Assembly (NCBI GenBank): GCA_963667725.2
Contig: CAXXHO010000005.1
Location: 1,184,001 to 1,248,000 of the forward strand
DNA: 64,000 nucleotides
Reading direction: 5' to 3'
Source of the DNA: Treponemataceae bacterium
GTDB lineage: Bacteria > Spirochaetota > Spirochaetia > Treponematales > Rectinemataceae
The notes under the pieces were generated by a model. That model was not told where the DNA came from and ran no database searches. It saw only the letters and a list, made by a program, of their open reading frames with translations. Shown in pieces: positions 50,325-60,124 of the stretch (its first letter is position 1; each line of letters begins with the position of its first letter). The position numbers and the translations under genes were made by a program.

Positions 50325-51407
50325 ATGGTAGTCAAAGAGATGCGAAGTCTTGTGATAGGCGATCTTGTGGCAAGAATACCGATAGTTCAGGGCGGTATGG
50401 GCGTGGGGATTTCCCTCTCCAGGCTGGCTTCCGCCGTAGCCAATGCCGGCGGCGTCGGCGTCATAGCGGCGGCGGGCATCGGCCTGCTGGAGCCCGATGG
50501 CTTCAAGGATTTTCTGGGCGCGAACATAAGGGCTCTGCAGCGCGAAATCAGAAATGCCCGAGCGCATACCAAGGGAATTCTCGGCGTCAACATCATGGTG
50601 GCGCTAAGCAATTTCGCCGACCTGGTCAGGACGGCGATCGACGAGAAAATCGACATTATTTTTTCCGGCGCCGGCCTTCCGGTCAATCTGCCCGAGTATC
50701 TGAAGGAAGGGAGCAGGACCAAGCTTGTGCCCATCGTGTCGTCGGGAAGGGCGGCGACCCTCCTCGCCAAACGCTGGCTAGACAAGTACAACTACCTGCC
50801 CGATGCCTTTGTCGTGGAAGGACCCATGGCGGGCGGCCATCTTGGATTCAAGGCCGAACAGCTCGACGATCCCGCCTTCGCCCTCGATAAGATAGTCCCC
50901 GAAGTGATTGCCGCGGTTCGCCCTTTCGAGGAAAAAACCGGAAGGAAAATCCCCGTCATAGCGGGAGGGGGCATCTATACCGGCGCCGATATCCGACGTT
51001 TCCTCGAACTAGGCGCTGCCGGCGTCCAGATGGCCACGCGTTTTGTCGCCACCGATGAATGCGACGCCGATCCGGCTTTCAAGGCTACGTACATGGCGGC
51101 CGGGCAGGGCGACCTGGAGATAATCAAGAGCCCCGTGGGGATGCCCGGCCGCGCCATCCGGAATGGCTTCCTTGACGACGTGGCTCAAGGCAAGAAAAAG
51201 CCCTTCGCTTGCCCCTACCACTGCATCGTCACCTGCGATATCGAAAAAGCGCCCTACTGCATATCTCTTGCCCTTCTCAACGCGCAAAAAGGCAAGCTGG
51301 ACAAAGGCTTTGCCTTCGCCGGCGCCAACGCCTGGAGAACCGAAAAAATCGTTCCGGTGCAGGAACTTGTGGACGAGCTCGTGAGTGAATACGAGGCTAT
51401 AAGCTAA
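50325..51407 (+). CDS. Nitronate monooxygenase / FabK-like flavoenzyme
   Basis: PIVQGGMGVG, EGPMAGGHLG, IAGGGI and GVQMATRF motifs; C-terminal Cys cluster. Confidence 0.88.
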   Translation: MVVKEMRSLVIGDLVARIPIVQGGMGVGISLSRLASAVANAGGVGVIAAAGIGLLEPDGFKDFLGANIRALQREIRNARAHTKGILGVNIMVALSNFADLVRTAIDEKIDIIFSGAGLPVNLPEYLKEGSRTKLVPIVSSGRAATLLAKRWLDKYNYLPDAFVVEGPMAGGHLGFKAEQLDDPAFALDKIVPEVIAAVRPFEEKTGRKIPVIAGGGIYTGADIRRFLELGAAGVQMATRFVATDECDADPAFKATYMAAGQGDLEIIKSPVGMPGRAIRNGFLDDVAQGKKKPFACPYHCIVTCDIEKAPYCISLALLNAQKGKLDKGFAFAGANAWRTEKIVPVQELVDELVSEYEAIS

Positions 51408-52009
51408 ATTTTGTCGCCAGACGGTTGTTTGACGGCATCGCGTATATAATCGAGCGTTTCATCATAGAGAGTCTCATCGGGGCAATATATTCGCATGATC
51501 GTTCCCCTGCGTCCCCGCAGCTGTATTGTCCGGAGAATATCATGCGGCTTGATGCTTCGCACCTCGTTCCAAAGGACAAATTTTATAACGCTCCGCCCCG
51601 AATTCAATGTGGGAGAGACCGGAAAAGGCCTCCAGTGAAGGAAGTCGGCGAGGGGAAACATGGAGCCTCGCATGCTTTCGCAATATATCCCGTCATGCTG
51701 GAGACGATAGAGCGAAACGAATCGATTTCCGAATAGAAGCAGGGCGCCTAACGCGAAAGCGGCGATGATGAAGGCCATCACATATCCCGCCAAGGTCGCC
51801 GTGACCTGGAACATGGCCATTCCGGGCGATACGCCCATGAAAAACTGCGCCAGGGTCACGAAGACCGCGGAACCAAGCCCCAGGAAAAACAAGGTAAGTC
51901 CTAGGTCCTTCAGGAGCAGAGGGTTCGATGTTATCGGCACGCCCGCGAACCAACGCATCGGCGCGCCGTTTTTGCCGGAAGCCTGTCGCTGGGGTTCCAA
52001 CATCGTCAT
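51404..52009 (-). CDS. Hypothetical 2-TM membrane protein coupled to the peptide ABC operon
   Basis: ATGA overlap with the ATPase stop; two hydrophobic segments and a soluble C-terminal domain. Confidence 0.6.
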   Translation of the reverse strand: MTMLEPQRQASGKNGAPMRWFAGVPITSNPLLLKDLGLTLFFLGLGSAVFVTLAQFFMGVSPGMAMFQVTATLAGYVMAFIIAAFALGALLLFGNRFVSLYRLQHDGIYCESMRGSMFPLADFLHWRPFPVSPTLNSGRSVIKFVLWNEVRSIKPHDILRTIQLRGRRGTIMRIYCPDETLYDETLDYIRDAVKQPSGDKI

Positions 52010-52992
52010 CCGTGCCGTTTCAGGCATCCCGCGAAATGACAGGAGACGAAATGCCCTGGCGACAACTCGGAGAGCGCGGGATCCGCGCTCGTGCAGAGTT
52101 CCTGACGATAGGCGCAGCGGCCGGCAAACCTGCATCCCTTCGCCGGATTTATCGGGCTGGGAACATCGCCCTCGAGAAGGATTCTGTCCTTTTTGGCGCC
52201 TAGGCTCGCGATCGGCACGGCGGAAAGCAGGGCTTGCGTGTAAGGGTGAAGCGGTTCCTGAAAGAGCGCAATATTGCTGGCCTTTTCCACGACCTGTCCG
52301 AGGTACATTACGGCAACTTCGTCAGATACATACCGAACAACGCTGAGGTTATGCGATATGAAAAGATAGGTGTAGTTTTTCTTGGTCTTCAGTTCCTGAA
52401 GCATGTTGAGAATCTGCGCCTGGATGCAGACATCGAGCGCGGAAACGGGTTCGTCGAGAACAATGAATTCGGGGTTGAGCGCCAGAGCGCGGGCGACGCC
52501 GATGCGCTGTCGCCTCCCGCCGTCCAGTTCGTGGGGAAACGAGGTAGTGAGACGCTCGGCCAGCCCGACGGTATCCATCAACTCCTTGATCTTAGCGTCG
52601 ATTTCCTTCTTGCCTGAGCATGTTTTATTGATTAAAAGCGGCTCCGCGATCTGCTGTGCCACCGACATTCTCGGATTCAGCGAGGAAAAAGGATCCTGGA
52701 AAACAATCTGTGCGCGTCTGCGGAACTGGCTTCGCTGTTCATTGGAAAACTTCAGCATATCCTGGCCGTCGAACAGCACTTCGCCGCTCGTTGCTTCGAT
52801 CAGCCCTATGACGACTCTGCCGAGGGTAGACTTGCCGCATCCGGATTCTCCCACGAGACCCAGGGTTTTTCCTCTGGAGATGGTCAGCGAAACGTCGTCG
52901 ACCGCGTGCAATTGTCCTTTGCTCACGTTGAAATATTTCTTCAGGTGTCTGATGTCGAGCAGGACATCTGATTTACTTTTCTGTTCGTTCAC
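52006..52992 (-). CDS. Oligopeptide/dipeptide ABC ATPase (OppF/DppF type)
   Basis: GESGCGKS, DEPVSALD and PLHPYT motifs. Confidence 0.93.
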   Translation of the reverse strand: MNEQKSKSDVLLDIRHLKKYFNVSKGQLHAVDDVSLTISRGKTLGLVGESGCGKSTLGRVVIGLIEATSGEVLFDGQDMLKFSNEQRSQFRRRAQIVFQDPFSSLNPRMSVAQQIAEPLLINKTCSGKKEIDAKIKELMDTVGLAERLTTSFPHELDGGRRQRIGVARALALNPEFIVLDEPVSALDVCIQAQILNMLQELKTKKNYTYLFISHNLSVVRYVSDEVAVMYLGQVVEKASNIALFQEPLHPYTQALLSAVPIASLGAKKDRILLEGDVPSPINPAKGCRFAGRCAYRQELCTSADPALSELSPGHFVSCHFAGCLKRHG

Positions 52993-53993
52993 GGGTTTCC
53001 TCCCTCCTTGGATCCAAGCGGGAAATAGCAGTTCACGAAATGGCCCGGTTCATGCTCGCGCATGCCGCATTCTTTCTCGAAGCAGATCTCCTTTGCGTTA
53101 GGGCAGCGGGGAGAGAACGCGCAGCCTTTGGGGAGGTCGATCGGATCGGGTGGAAGGCCCTGGATGACGGATAGCTTTCCGCCAAGCGGGCTGTCGAGAC
53201 GCGGTACGGCGTCGAAAAGCCCCTGTGTATAAGGGTGCATGGGGTGATCATAAAGTTGGCGGATATCGGAATACTCCACGATGCGTCCCGCGTACATGAT
53301 GGCCACGTCGTCGCATATTTCGGCTACTATTCCGAGGTCGTGCGTAATCAGGAGAAAAGAAGTATTCACTACCGACTGGAGCTTCTTGATCAGCTCCATC
53401 ACCTGGGCTTGAATGGTTACGTCGAGGGCTGTAGTGGGCTCGTCGGCGATCAGGAGACTCGGTTTGCAGGCGAGTGCGATGGCTATTCCGACGCGCTGGC
53501 GCATGCCGCCGGAAAACTGATGCGGGAAGTCCTTCGATCGCTCGGGCCTGATTCCCACGAGCGCCAGCATTTCAAGCGCTCGCTTCTGGGCATCGGGACC
53601 TTTGAGATCGGAGTGGAGAGAAATCATCTCCACGATCTGGTCTTCGATCGTCATGATAGGGTTGAGCGATGTCATTGGATCCTGGAAGATCATGGAGATG
53701 CGGTTGCCGCGGATATGCCGCTTTTCCGCTTCCGTCATTTTCCGGATGTCCTGGTTTTCGAATATAATCTCGCCGCTCGTAATCTGGCCTGGAGGCGTCT
53801 GAATGAGCTGGAGAATGGATAGGGCCGTCGTTGTCTTGCCGGCGCCGGTTTCGCCGACGAAGCCAAGGGCCTTGCCCTTGTGCAGCGTCAGGTTCAGGTG
53901 ATTGACCGCGTGCACGACGCCCGAGTCCGTATTGAATTGAACGGACAGATCCTTGATGTCGAGAAGGATCGAAGAATTTTCGCTTGTTGTCAT
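52989..53993 (-). CDS. Oligopeptide/dipeptide ABC ATPase (OppD/DppD type)
   Basis: [16 protein letters not shown] and DEPTTALD motifs. Confidence 0.93.
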   Translation of the reverse strand: MTTSENSSILLDIKDLSVQFNTDSGVVHAVNHLNLTLHKGKALGFVGETGAGKTTTALSILQLIQTPPGQITSGEIIFENQDIRKMTEAEKRHIRGNRISMIFQDPMTSLNPIMTIEDQIVEMISLHSDLKGPDAQKRALEMLALVGIRPERSKDFPHQFSGGMRQRVGIAIALACKPSLLIADEPTTALDVTIQAQVMELIKKLQSVVNTSFLLITHDLGIVAEICDDVAIMYAGRIVEYSDIRQLYDHPMHPYTQGLFDAVPRLDSPLGGKLSVIQGLPPDPIDLPKGCAFSPRCPNAKEICFEKECGMREHEPGHFVNCYFPLGSKEGGNP

Positions 53994-54003
53994 ATTTGCG
54001 TAC

Positions 54004-54873
54004 CTATCGCTTTTGTTTCGGATCGAGCGCGTCCCTGAGTCCATCGCCGATGCAGTTCAGGGCGACTATCGTGATCATGATGGCAAGGCCGGGGAAAATG
54101 CTCAGATATCCGCTGTTCCTGATGTAAGGACGGGCGGATGAAAGCATCCCGCCCCATTCCGGGAACGGCGGCTGTATGCCCAGGCCGAGGAAGCTCAGCG
54201 TCGCCGTGTAGAGAATCGCGGCTGCGACGCTCAACGTAGATTGAACGATGAGCGGCGCAGCGCAGTTCGGCAATATATACATCAGGATGATGCGCAGGTG
54301 GCTTGCGCCCATCGCCCGCGCCGCTTCGATGAACTCCTGGCCTTTGATGGAAAGTACAGAAGATCGCATGAGGCGAGCGAAACGCGGTATCGACGTTATG
54401 CCTACCGCGACCATAAGGTTGAACAGTCCAGGCCCGAGAGCGGATGAAATGACGATCGCGAGAAGTATCGTCGGGATGGCGAGCTGAATATCCATTATTC
54501 GCATGAGGATGTTGTCCATTCTGCCGCCGAAATAGCCGGCGATCGCTCCGATGGTCCCTCCTATGAGCAGCGAGATGGACACGGCGATCAGTCCGACCTG
54601 AAGCGAAATCTTCGCGCCGAAAATCAGCCTGCTCAGCACGTCGCGTCCGAACTCGTCCGTTCCCAGCAAATGCGTGGCCGAAGGCGGTTTTCGGATCATC
54701 ATATAGTCCTGTTCGGCGTAATCGTATGGAGCGAGCTGATTTGCGAATACAGCGCAGCTGATCAGCACCAGAAGGACCACGAAACCGAGAATGGCGAGAT
54801 AATTTCGCTTGAGTCTTATCAGCGTATATCGCAGCATCGAATTGCTTTTAGCCATAGTTGCCCCCTTTCTCAT
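54004..54873 (-). CDS. Peptide ABC permease (OppC/DppC type)
   Basis: LGTDEFGRD, EFIEAARAMGAS and GDGLRDALDP motifs. Confidence 0.93.
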   Translation of the reverse strand: MRKGATMAKSNSMLRYTLIRLKRNYLAILGFVVLLVLISCAVFANQLAPYDYAEQDYMMIRKPPSATHLLGTDEFGRDVLSRLIFGAKISLQVGLIAVSISLLIGGTIGAIAGYFGGRMDNILMRIMDIQLAIPTILLAIVISSALGPGLFNLMVAVGITSIPRFARLMRSSVLSIKGQEFIEAARAMGASHLRIILMYILPNCAAPLIVQSTLSVAAAILYTATLSFLGLGIQPPFPEWGGMLSSARPYIRNSGYLSIFPGLAIMITIVALNCIGDGLRDALDPKQKR

Positions 54874-55793
54874 TTGACGTGAATACGAGGGTCAATAAAT
54901 GCGTACAAAATATCGACCAGCAGGTTTATCAAACAGAACGCGACGGATATGAATAGAACCCCGCCTTGTATCACTGGATAGTCGCGCAGGTTGATCGCCT
55001 CAAGCATAAGTCGCCCAACGCCAGAGATCGAGAAAATCGCTTCCGTCACTATCGAGCCCCCGAGGAGGGTGCCGAACTGCATGCTGATCACGGTAAGTAT
55101 GGGGATCATGGCATTGGGCAGGGCATGGCGCATGATGACGATGCTTTCCTTCTGGCCCTTGGCGCGCGCCGTGCGTATGTAATCGGAGCGAATAACTTCC
55201 AGCATGCTCGAGCGAGTCATCCTCGCGATGACGGCGATGGACGATCCTGAAAGCGTCACGATGGGGAGGATCATTTCGCTGACGCTGCCGAAACCCATCG
55301 AGGGCAGCCAGCCCAGGTGCACGGAAAACGCGATTATGAGTAGAAGTCCGGTCCAGAACGTGGGCATCGAAACGCCAAGCAGCGTGATGAGCGTCGCCAG
55401 ACTGTCCAGGAAGGAATACTGGCGGATTGAGCAGAGCACGCCTAGCGGAATGCCAATGAGGGTGCTCACCAGCACGGCCCAGAAAGCCAGCTTCATGGTT
55501 ACCGGAATGCGCGCGGCCAGTTCCATGGAAACCTGACTCTTCATCATGTAGGAATAGCCTAGGTCCAGCTTGAAAATGGCTTTGTAGAGGTATCGGCCCA
55601 ACTGTTCTGGATATGATTTATCCAGCCCGTATTTCGCATGGAAGGCGGCGATGCTCTCTGGATTCGCCTCCTGGCCCAGTGCGCTCTTGGCTGGATCGCC
55701 CGGCGTGAAATAGAGGATCGTGAAGATGATGATCATCACGCTAAGGACGACGAGCAAGAGTAACAACACTCTCCGGAAAATGTACTTGGCCAA
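54870..55793 (-). CDS. Peptide ABC permease (OppB/DppB type)
   Basis: PGDPA, DYIRTARAKG and RDYPVIQG motifs; TTG start behind AGGAGG. Confidence 0.93.
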   Translation of the reverse strand: MAKYIFRRVLLLLLVVLSVMIIIFTILYFTPGDPAKSALGQEANPESIAAFHAKYGLDKSYPEQLGRYLYKAIFKLDLGYSYMMKSQVSMELAARIPVTMKLAFWAVLVSTLIGIPLGVLCSIRQYSFLDSLATLITLLGVSMPTFWTGLLLIIAFSVHLGWLPSMGFGSVSEMILPIVTLSGSSIAVIARMTRSSMLEVIRSDYIRTARAKGQKESIVIMRHALPNAMIPILTVISMQFGTLLGGSIVTEAIFSISGVGRLMLEAINLRDYPVIQGGVLFISVAFCLINLLVDILYAFIDPRIHVK

Positions 55794-55942
55794 GAATGAT
55801 CCCTCCTTTCATCAGAATTTGATATATCTGCAGCCTCAAGCCAGGTATCTGGACGATACCGCTTAAAATTGACCTGCCATTTCAGTTTATAAGCATTTAG
55901 CTTGTATAATTTTTCTTGTCAAGGTAAAAATATTTCACAAAG

Positions 55943-55958
55943 TGGCACGAAAATTGCC
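55943..55958 (+). promoter_or_regulatory. sigma54 (-24/-12) consensus promoter
   Basis: TGGCACG-AAAA-TTGC. Confidence 0.6.
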
Positions 55959-56219
55959 ATATGGAAGATACTCGCACCATTCCTGCTGGGATGAATAAAA
56001 GCCGAGAGCCTTCATTTTTCTCATCGACTATAAAGGCGATCGTTTCAATATTGAAAAAGTAACACGATGATATATTATTATATATAAAGTAAATAAAATA
56101 AAATACCTTGTCGGGGGAGCTGGCAATTCATAGAACTGGGCACGATTTCATGACGTATGGGATTTTGATTTTTTTCTGTAAAACACGGAAACAAGAAAAA
56201 AATATGCGAAAGTAGTCAT

Positions 56220-56235
56220 AGCAATTAGCGTGCCA
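56220..56235 (-). promoter_or_regulatory. sigma54 (-24/-12) consensus promoter
   Basis: Reverse complement reads TGGCACG-CTAA-TTGCT. Confidence 0.65.
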
Positions 56236-56331
56236 AAATTAAATAATTATACAGTATGCTGGAATATGGATTATGGAACATGCTCGAAGGGTCATGAAAG
56301 CTGCATGGGATGAATTTATAGAAATTGTCTA

Positions 56332-56394
56332 TTGACAAGCCGAAAAGCTGTAGTAAACTCTATAGAGTGGTATTCTGGTATACCAGCATACCAC
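56332..56394 (+). promoter_or_regulatory. sigma70 promoter with palindromic FadR-type operator
   Basis: TTGACA (56332), 16 bp spacer, TAAACT; then the palindrome GTGGTAT-T-CTGGTATACCAG-C-ATACCAC (56367-56394). Confidence 0.7.
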
Positions 56395-56414
56395 AATTCT
56401 TGCATGGAGCCATT

Positions 56415-57161
56415 ATGTTGGATGAAGGGATTCAACCGCTGGAAAGAGACTCGTTTACCGATAGCGGAGCCTTGTCCAACCAGATTTTTAACCGAATTAA
56501 GGAATGGCTTCGGACGGGAAAGCTCAAGGAAGGAGATCCGTTGCCTTCCGAACGCGAATTGGCGCAGACCTTCGACGTAAGCCGGGTGCCGGTGAGAGAG
56601 GCGCTCAAGGTCCTGGAATTCGTCGGCATCGTCCAGCACGTGCGGGGAAAGGGTGTCTTCATCAGAAAAGTCTCGGCGAACAATATTATCGAGACGGTCG
56701 ACTTCGTAATGATGAATCCCGCGTACACCATACGCGAGCTTTTCGAGGTCCGCATGGGCATCGAGACGCAAGCCGCATTCCTCGCGGCATTGCTGCGTAC
56801 GGACGAGGATCTCGCGTTGATGCTGTCCGCCCTGGAAGAAGCCTACAGGGCGCCGACGTCGGTGGAGCCTTTCCTTGGCTTCCACTCCGCGATTATCGTC
56901 GCTTCGCGCAATCCCGCGCTCGTGGAGATAAACAAGTTTCTGGCCGACTGGCTGCGGTTCCTGAGGGCGAAATACATGTATTCGCCGGTGGGAGGAGAGC
57001 ATGGCAACGCCGAACATCGGGAAATTTTCGAGCTGATAAAGGCCGGGGATAGTCTTGGCGCCATGTCCAGAATGCAAGAGCATCTGATGCGGGCCAGGAA
57101 CATGATCGAGGACGTTACCGCCAGCGCGAAGACCGAAGAAAAACGAACACAAGGAGAATGA
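56415..57161 (+). CDS. FadR/GntR family regulator
   Basis: LPSERELAQTFDVSRVPVREALK wHTH followed by an FCD domain. Confidence 0.92.
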   Translation: MLDEGIQPLERDSFTDSGALSNQIFNRIKEWLRTGKLKEGDPLPSERELAQTFDVSRVPVREALKVLEFVGIVQHVRGKGVFIRKVSANNIIETVDFVMMNPAYTIRELFEVRMGIETQAAFLAALLRTDEDLALMLSALEEAYRAPTSVEPFLGFHSAIIVASRNPALVEINKFLADWLRFLRAKYMYSPVGGEHGNAEHREIFELIKAGDSLGAMSRMQEHLMRARNMIEDVTASAKTEEKRTQGE

Positions 57162-57174
57162 AGTGGTTTCATCG

Positions 57175-58476
57175 ATGACAAGTGAAGATTATCTGAGCCT
57201 GCTCAGGCATGAACTCGTACCGGCGCTTGGCTGCACCGAGCCAATCGCGGTGGCGCTTGCCGCCGCCAAGGCGCGCAGGATTCTCGGAAGAGAACCCGAG
57301 GCGGCCGAGATAACCTGTTCGGGCAATATCATCAAGAACGTAAAAGGCGTCACGGTTCCCAGAACCGGCGGCATGAAGGGCATCGAAGCCGCAGCGATAG
57401 CCGGTTTTCTGGCGGGGAATCCGGACATGGAGCTGCAGGTACTCGAGTCCGTCCGTGAAGAGGATTATCCCCGGATACGGCATCTACAAGCGTCGCTCAT
57501 GTGTACGGTTAAGCTGGCCCAGGGCGTCGAAAACCTCTATATCGCCGCCATCCTCAGGGCGGGGAACGATGAGGCGGAAGTACGCATATCCGGCTCTCAC
57601 GCCAATGTTGTTCATATGTCCCTGAATGGCCGCGATTTGTTGGGCGGGAGCGAAGGCGGCTCAATTTCCAAGGGCGAAGACTCATTGGAACCCGCCAAAA
57701 CGGATATATCCGACGTTAAAACCATGAACGTCATGGATATTCTCAACTTTGCGAAAACGGTGCCACTAAAGGACGTGAAGGCTATCATCGCCGATCAGAT
57801 CGCCATGAACACGGCCATTTCCGAAGAAGGACTGAGCAATGTCTACGGAGCCGCGGTAGGCAGGATGCTGCTAAAGTCCCAGGGTTCCAGCCTGCGAACG
57901 CGGGCCAAAGCGAAAGCCGCGGCCGGGAGCGACGCCAGGATGAGCGGCAGCCCGATGCCCGTGGTCATCAACTCAGGGAGCGGCAATCAGGGCATCACCG
58001 TCAGCATCCCCGTCATTGAATTCGCCCGCGAGATGGCAGTCTCCGAGGAAGTCCTGTATAGGGCCCTCGTGCTCGCGAATCTCGTGGCGCTTTACCAGAA
58101 ATCGATGATAGGCAAGCTTTCGGCATTCTGCGGAGCGGTGACGGCCGCCTGCGGGGCCGGCGCCGGCATCGAGTATCTCTGCGGCGGCGGATATGCCGAA
58201 ATCGTGAAGACGATAAAGAACACGCTCGCTAATGTGAGTGGCATTATCTGCGACGGCGCGAAACCATCCTGCGCGGCCAAGATCGCCTCGGCGGTCGACG
58301 CGGCGATAATGGCTCACGACTTGACCAAGAACGGCTATGTCTTCAGCGCCGGCGAGGGACTCATCGAGGAAGACATCGAGAGGACCATGAAAAATATCGG
58401 CCGGGTCGGACGCTTTGGAATGCGCGATACGGACGAAGAGATTCTCAACCTCATGATCGGCGCGACGAACTGTTGA
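57175..58476 (+). CDS. L-cysteine desulfidase-like Fe-S enzyme (YhaM/CyuA family)
   Basis: PALGCTEPIAVA, IIKNVKGV, GSDARM, NSGSGNQG, LSAFCG and CDGAKPSCA motifs. Confidence 0.85.
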   Translation: MTSEDYLSLLRHELVPALGCTEPIAVALAAAKARRILGREPEAAEITCSGNIIKNVKGVTVPRTGGMKGIEAAAIAGFLAGNPDMELQVLESVREEDYPRIRHLQASLMCTVKLAQGVENLYIAAILRAGNDEAEVRISGSHANVVHMSLNGRDLLGGSEGGSISKGEDSLEPAKTDISDVKTMNVMDILNFAKTVPLKDVKAIIADQIAMNTAISEEGLSNVYGAAVGRMLLKSQGSSLRTRAKAKAAAGSDARMSGSPMPVVINSGSGNQGITVSIPVIEFAREMAVSEEVLYRALVLANLVALYQKSMIGKLSAFCGAVTAACGAGAGIEYLCGGGYAEIVKTIKNTLANVSGIICDGAKPSCAAKIASAVDAAIMAHDLTKNGYVFSAGEGLIEEDIERTMKNIGRVGRFGMRDTDEEILNLMIGATNC

Positions 58477-58568
58477 TTTAATTCTATTGACTGGATTTCC
58501 GCCTGGTCCTATGCGATGGGATTCCCGGCGCGGATTGTTCAGATAGGTTCAGCAAAGGAGAGTAAGGT

Positions 58569-60086
58569 ATGAAGAAGACGCTCAGGCGGGTACTAGCGGC
58601 GATTGTTCTGTCTCTCGTCGCGGCTTCGGGGTTTGCGCAGGCGAAACCATCATTGAATGTCGGCATCCCTGGCGACGCGAAAAGCCTTGATCCACATCAG
58701 GCAACCGATACGATGTCATTCACCGTCTCGATGCAGATCAACGAACCGCTTGTCACCATGGACGGCAAAACAAAAAAACTGGTCCCGATCCTGGCCGAGC
58801 GCTGGGAAATCGTGGATCCCCAGACCTATAAGTTTTTCCTGAAAAAGGGCGTGAAATTCCATAACGGCGATGAGTTGACGGCCGAGGATGTCGCCTTCTC
58901 CCTGAAGCGCGCCGCTACCGAATCCGTCCATGCCAAATCCTGGGGCAAGTTCATCGATCCAGAAGGCTTTAAGATCATCGATAAGTACACCGTTATCGTC
59001 AAGACGAAAGGCCCCGTCGGCGGATTCCTTCAGTCCATGAAGCATCCTTACGCCAACATCTTCAGCAAGAAAGCCGTGCAGAGCGCGGGCGGCGAATATT
59101 TCCGCAATCCAGTCGGTACTGGTCCCTATACCTTCAAAAAATGGACTAAGGGTGAAACCATTGAATTGGCGGCCTTCGAGGGCTATCACGGCAAAGCGCC
59201 GGCCTTCAAGACCCTGACCTTCTTCATCCTGCCCGACGACAGCAGCCGTGTCATAGCGCTGGAGACGAAGAAAGTCGACATGATCTATGCCGTACCCACG
59301 AGCGACTACGAACGCCTGAACTCTTCCTCGAAGGTCAATGTCGTCATGGGTCAGGGCTTAAGGCTCCTTTTCCTCGGCATGAACACGCAGAAGAAGCCGC
59401 TCAGCGATCCCCGCGTCCGTCTCGCTATCGAATACGCCATCAACAAGGATGCCTATAACCAGGTCGTGTATCAGGGACAGGCCACGGTTCCCGCCGGCCC
59501 ACTCGTCACCGCAAGCGAATTCTCCGCTCCCGGCGCCAAGCCCTATCCTTTCGACCAGGCCAAGGCCAAGGCTCTTCTCGCCGAAGCGGGATACCCTAAC
59601 GGCCTGACCCTCAATCTCTGGACCGGCAACTTCCAGGACCGCGTCAACGGCGCCACTGTCATCCAGTCCATGCTTGGCCAGATCGGCGTCAAGGTCAATA
59701 TCCAGGTATTCGAATCGGCTTCGTTCAATACGAAAATGCTCGGGACCGAGCACGAGCTCTATATCAGCCAGTGGGGAATGCAGACGAACAGGGACGCAGG
59801 CAATTACTGGACTTCCCTCTTCCATTCCGCGAGCGTCGGAAGCAACAACTGGGCGCTTCTCAAAGATTCCCTCATCGACAGCGAGCTCAATACTGTGGCA
59901 CGCGTCGTAAACGATGACGAAAGAACCGCGCATCTGCAGAAAGTCTGGGACAGGCTGGTGGAACTCAATCCGATCGTCCCGCTCTCCATTCCCTTCGAGC
60001 TTTATGGCGCGCAGAAAAATCTCGTCGGCGTCGAAAACCTGAGCGATGGTCAGATCAACTCGCTCCTGAATCTTTCGAAGAAATAA
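58569..60086 (+). CDS. ABC substrate-binding protein, family 5 (peptide/glutathione-like)
   Basis: SLDPH, LAERWE, GVKFHNG, PVGTGPY and DPRVRLAI motifs. Confidence 0.92.
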   Translation: MKKTLRRVLAAIVLSLVAASGFAQAKPSLNVGIPGDAKSLDPHQATDTMSFTVSMQINEPLVTMDGKTKKLVPILAERWEIVDPQTYKFFLKKGVKFHNGDELTAEDVAFSLKRAATESVHAKSWGKFIDPEGFKIIDKYTVIVKTKGPVGGFLQSMKHPYANIFSKKAVQSAGGEYFRNPVGTGPYTFKKWTKGETIELAAFEGYHGKAPAFKTLTFFILPDDSSRVIALETKKVDMIYAVPTSDYERLNSSSKVNVVMGQGLRLLFLGMNTQKKPLSDPRVRLAIEYAINKDAYNQVVYQGQATVPAGPLVTASEFSAPGAKPYPFDQAKAKALLAEAGYPNGLTLNLWTGNFQDRVNGATVIQSMLGQIGVKVNIQVFESASFNTKMLGTEHELYISQWGMQTNRDAGNYWTSLFHSASVGSNNWALLKDSLIDSELNTVARVVNDDERTAHLQKVWDRLVELNPIVPLSIPFELYGAQKNLVGVENLSDGQINSLLNLSKK

Positions 60087-60124
60087 TCCAGGCAGCGAGC
60101 TCTAGTATAAGGAAGGAGGAAGAC

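Noticed and set aside
56138..56153. Third sigma54-like site (GGGCACGATTTCATG)
   Set aside because: It lacks the -12 TTGC element at the required spacing.
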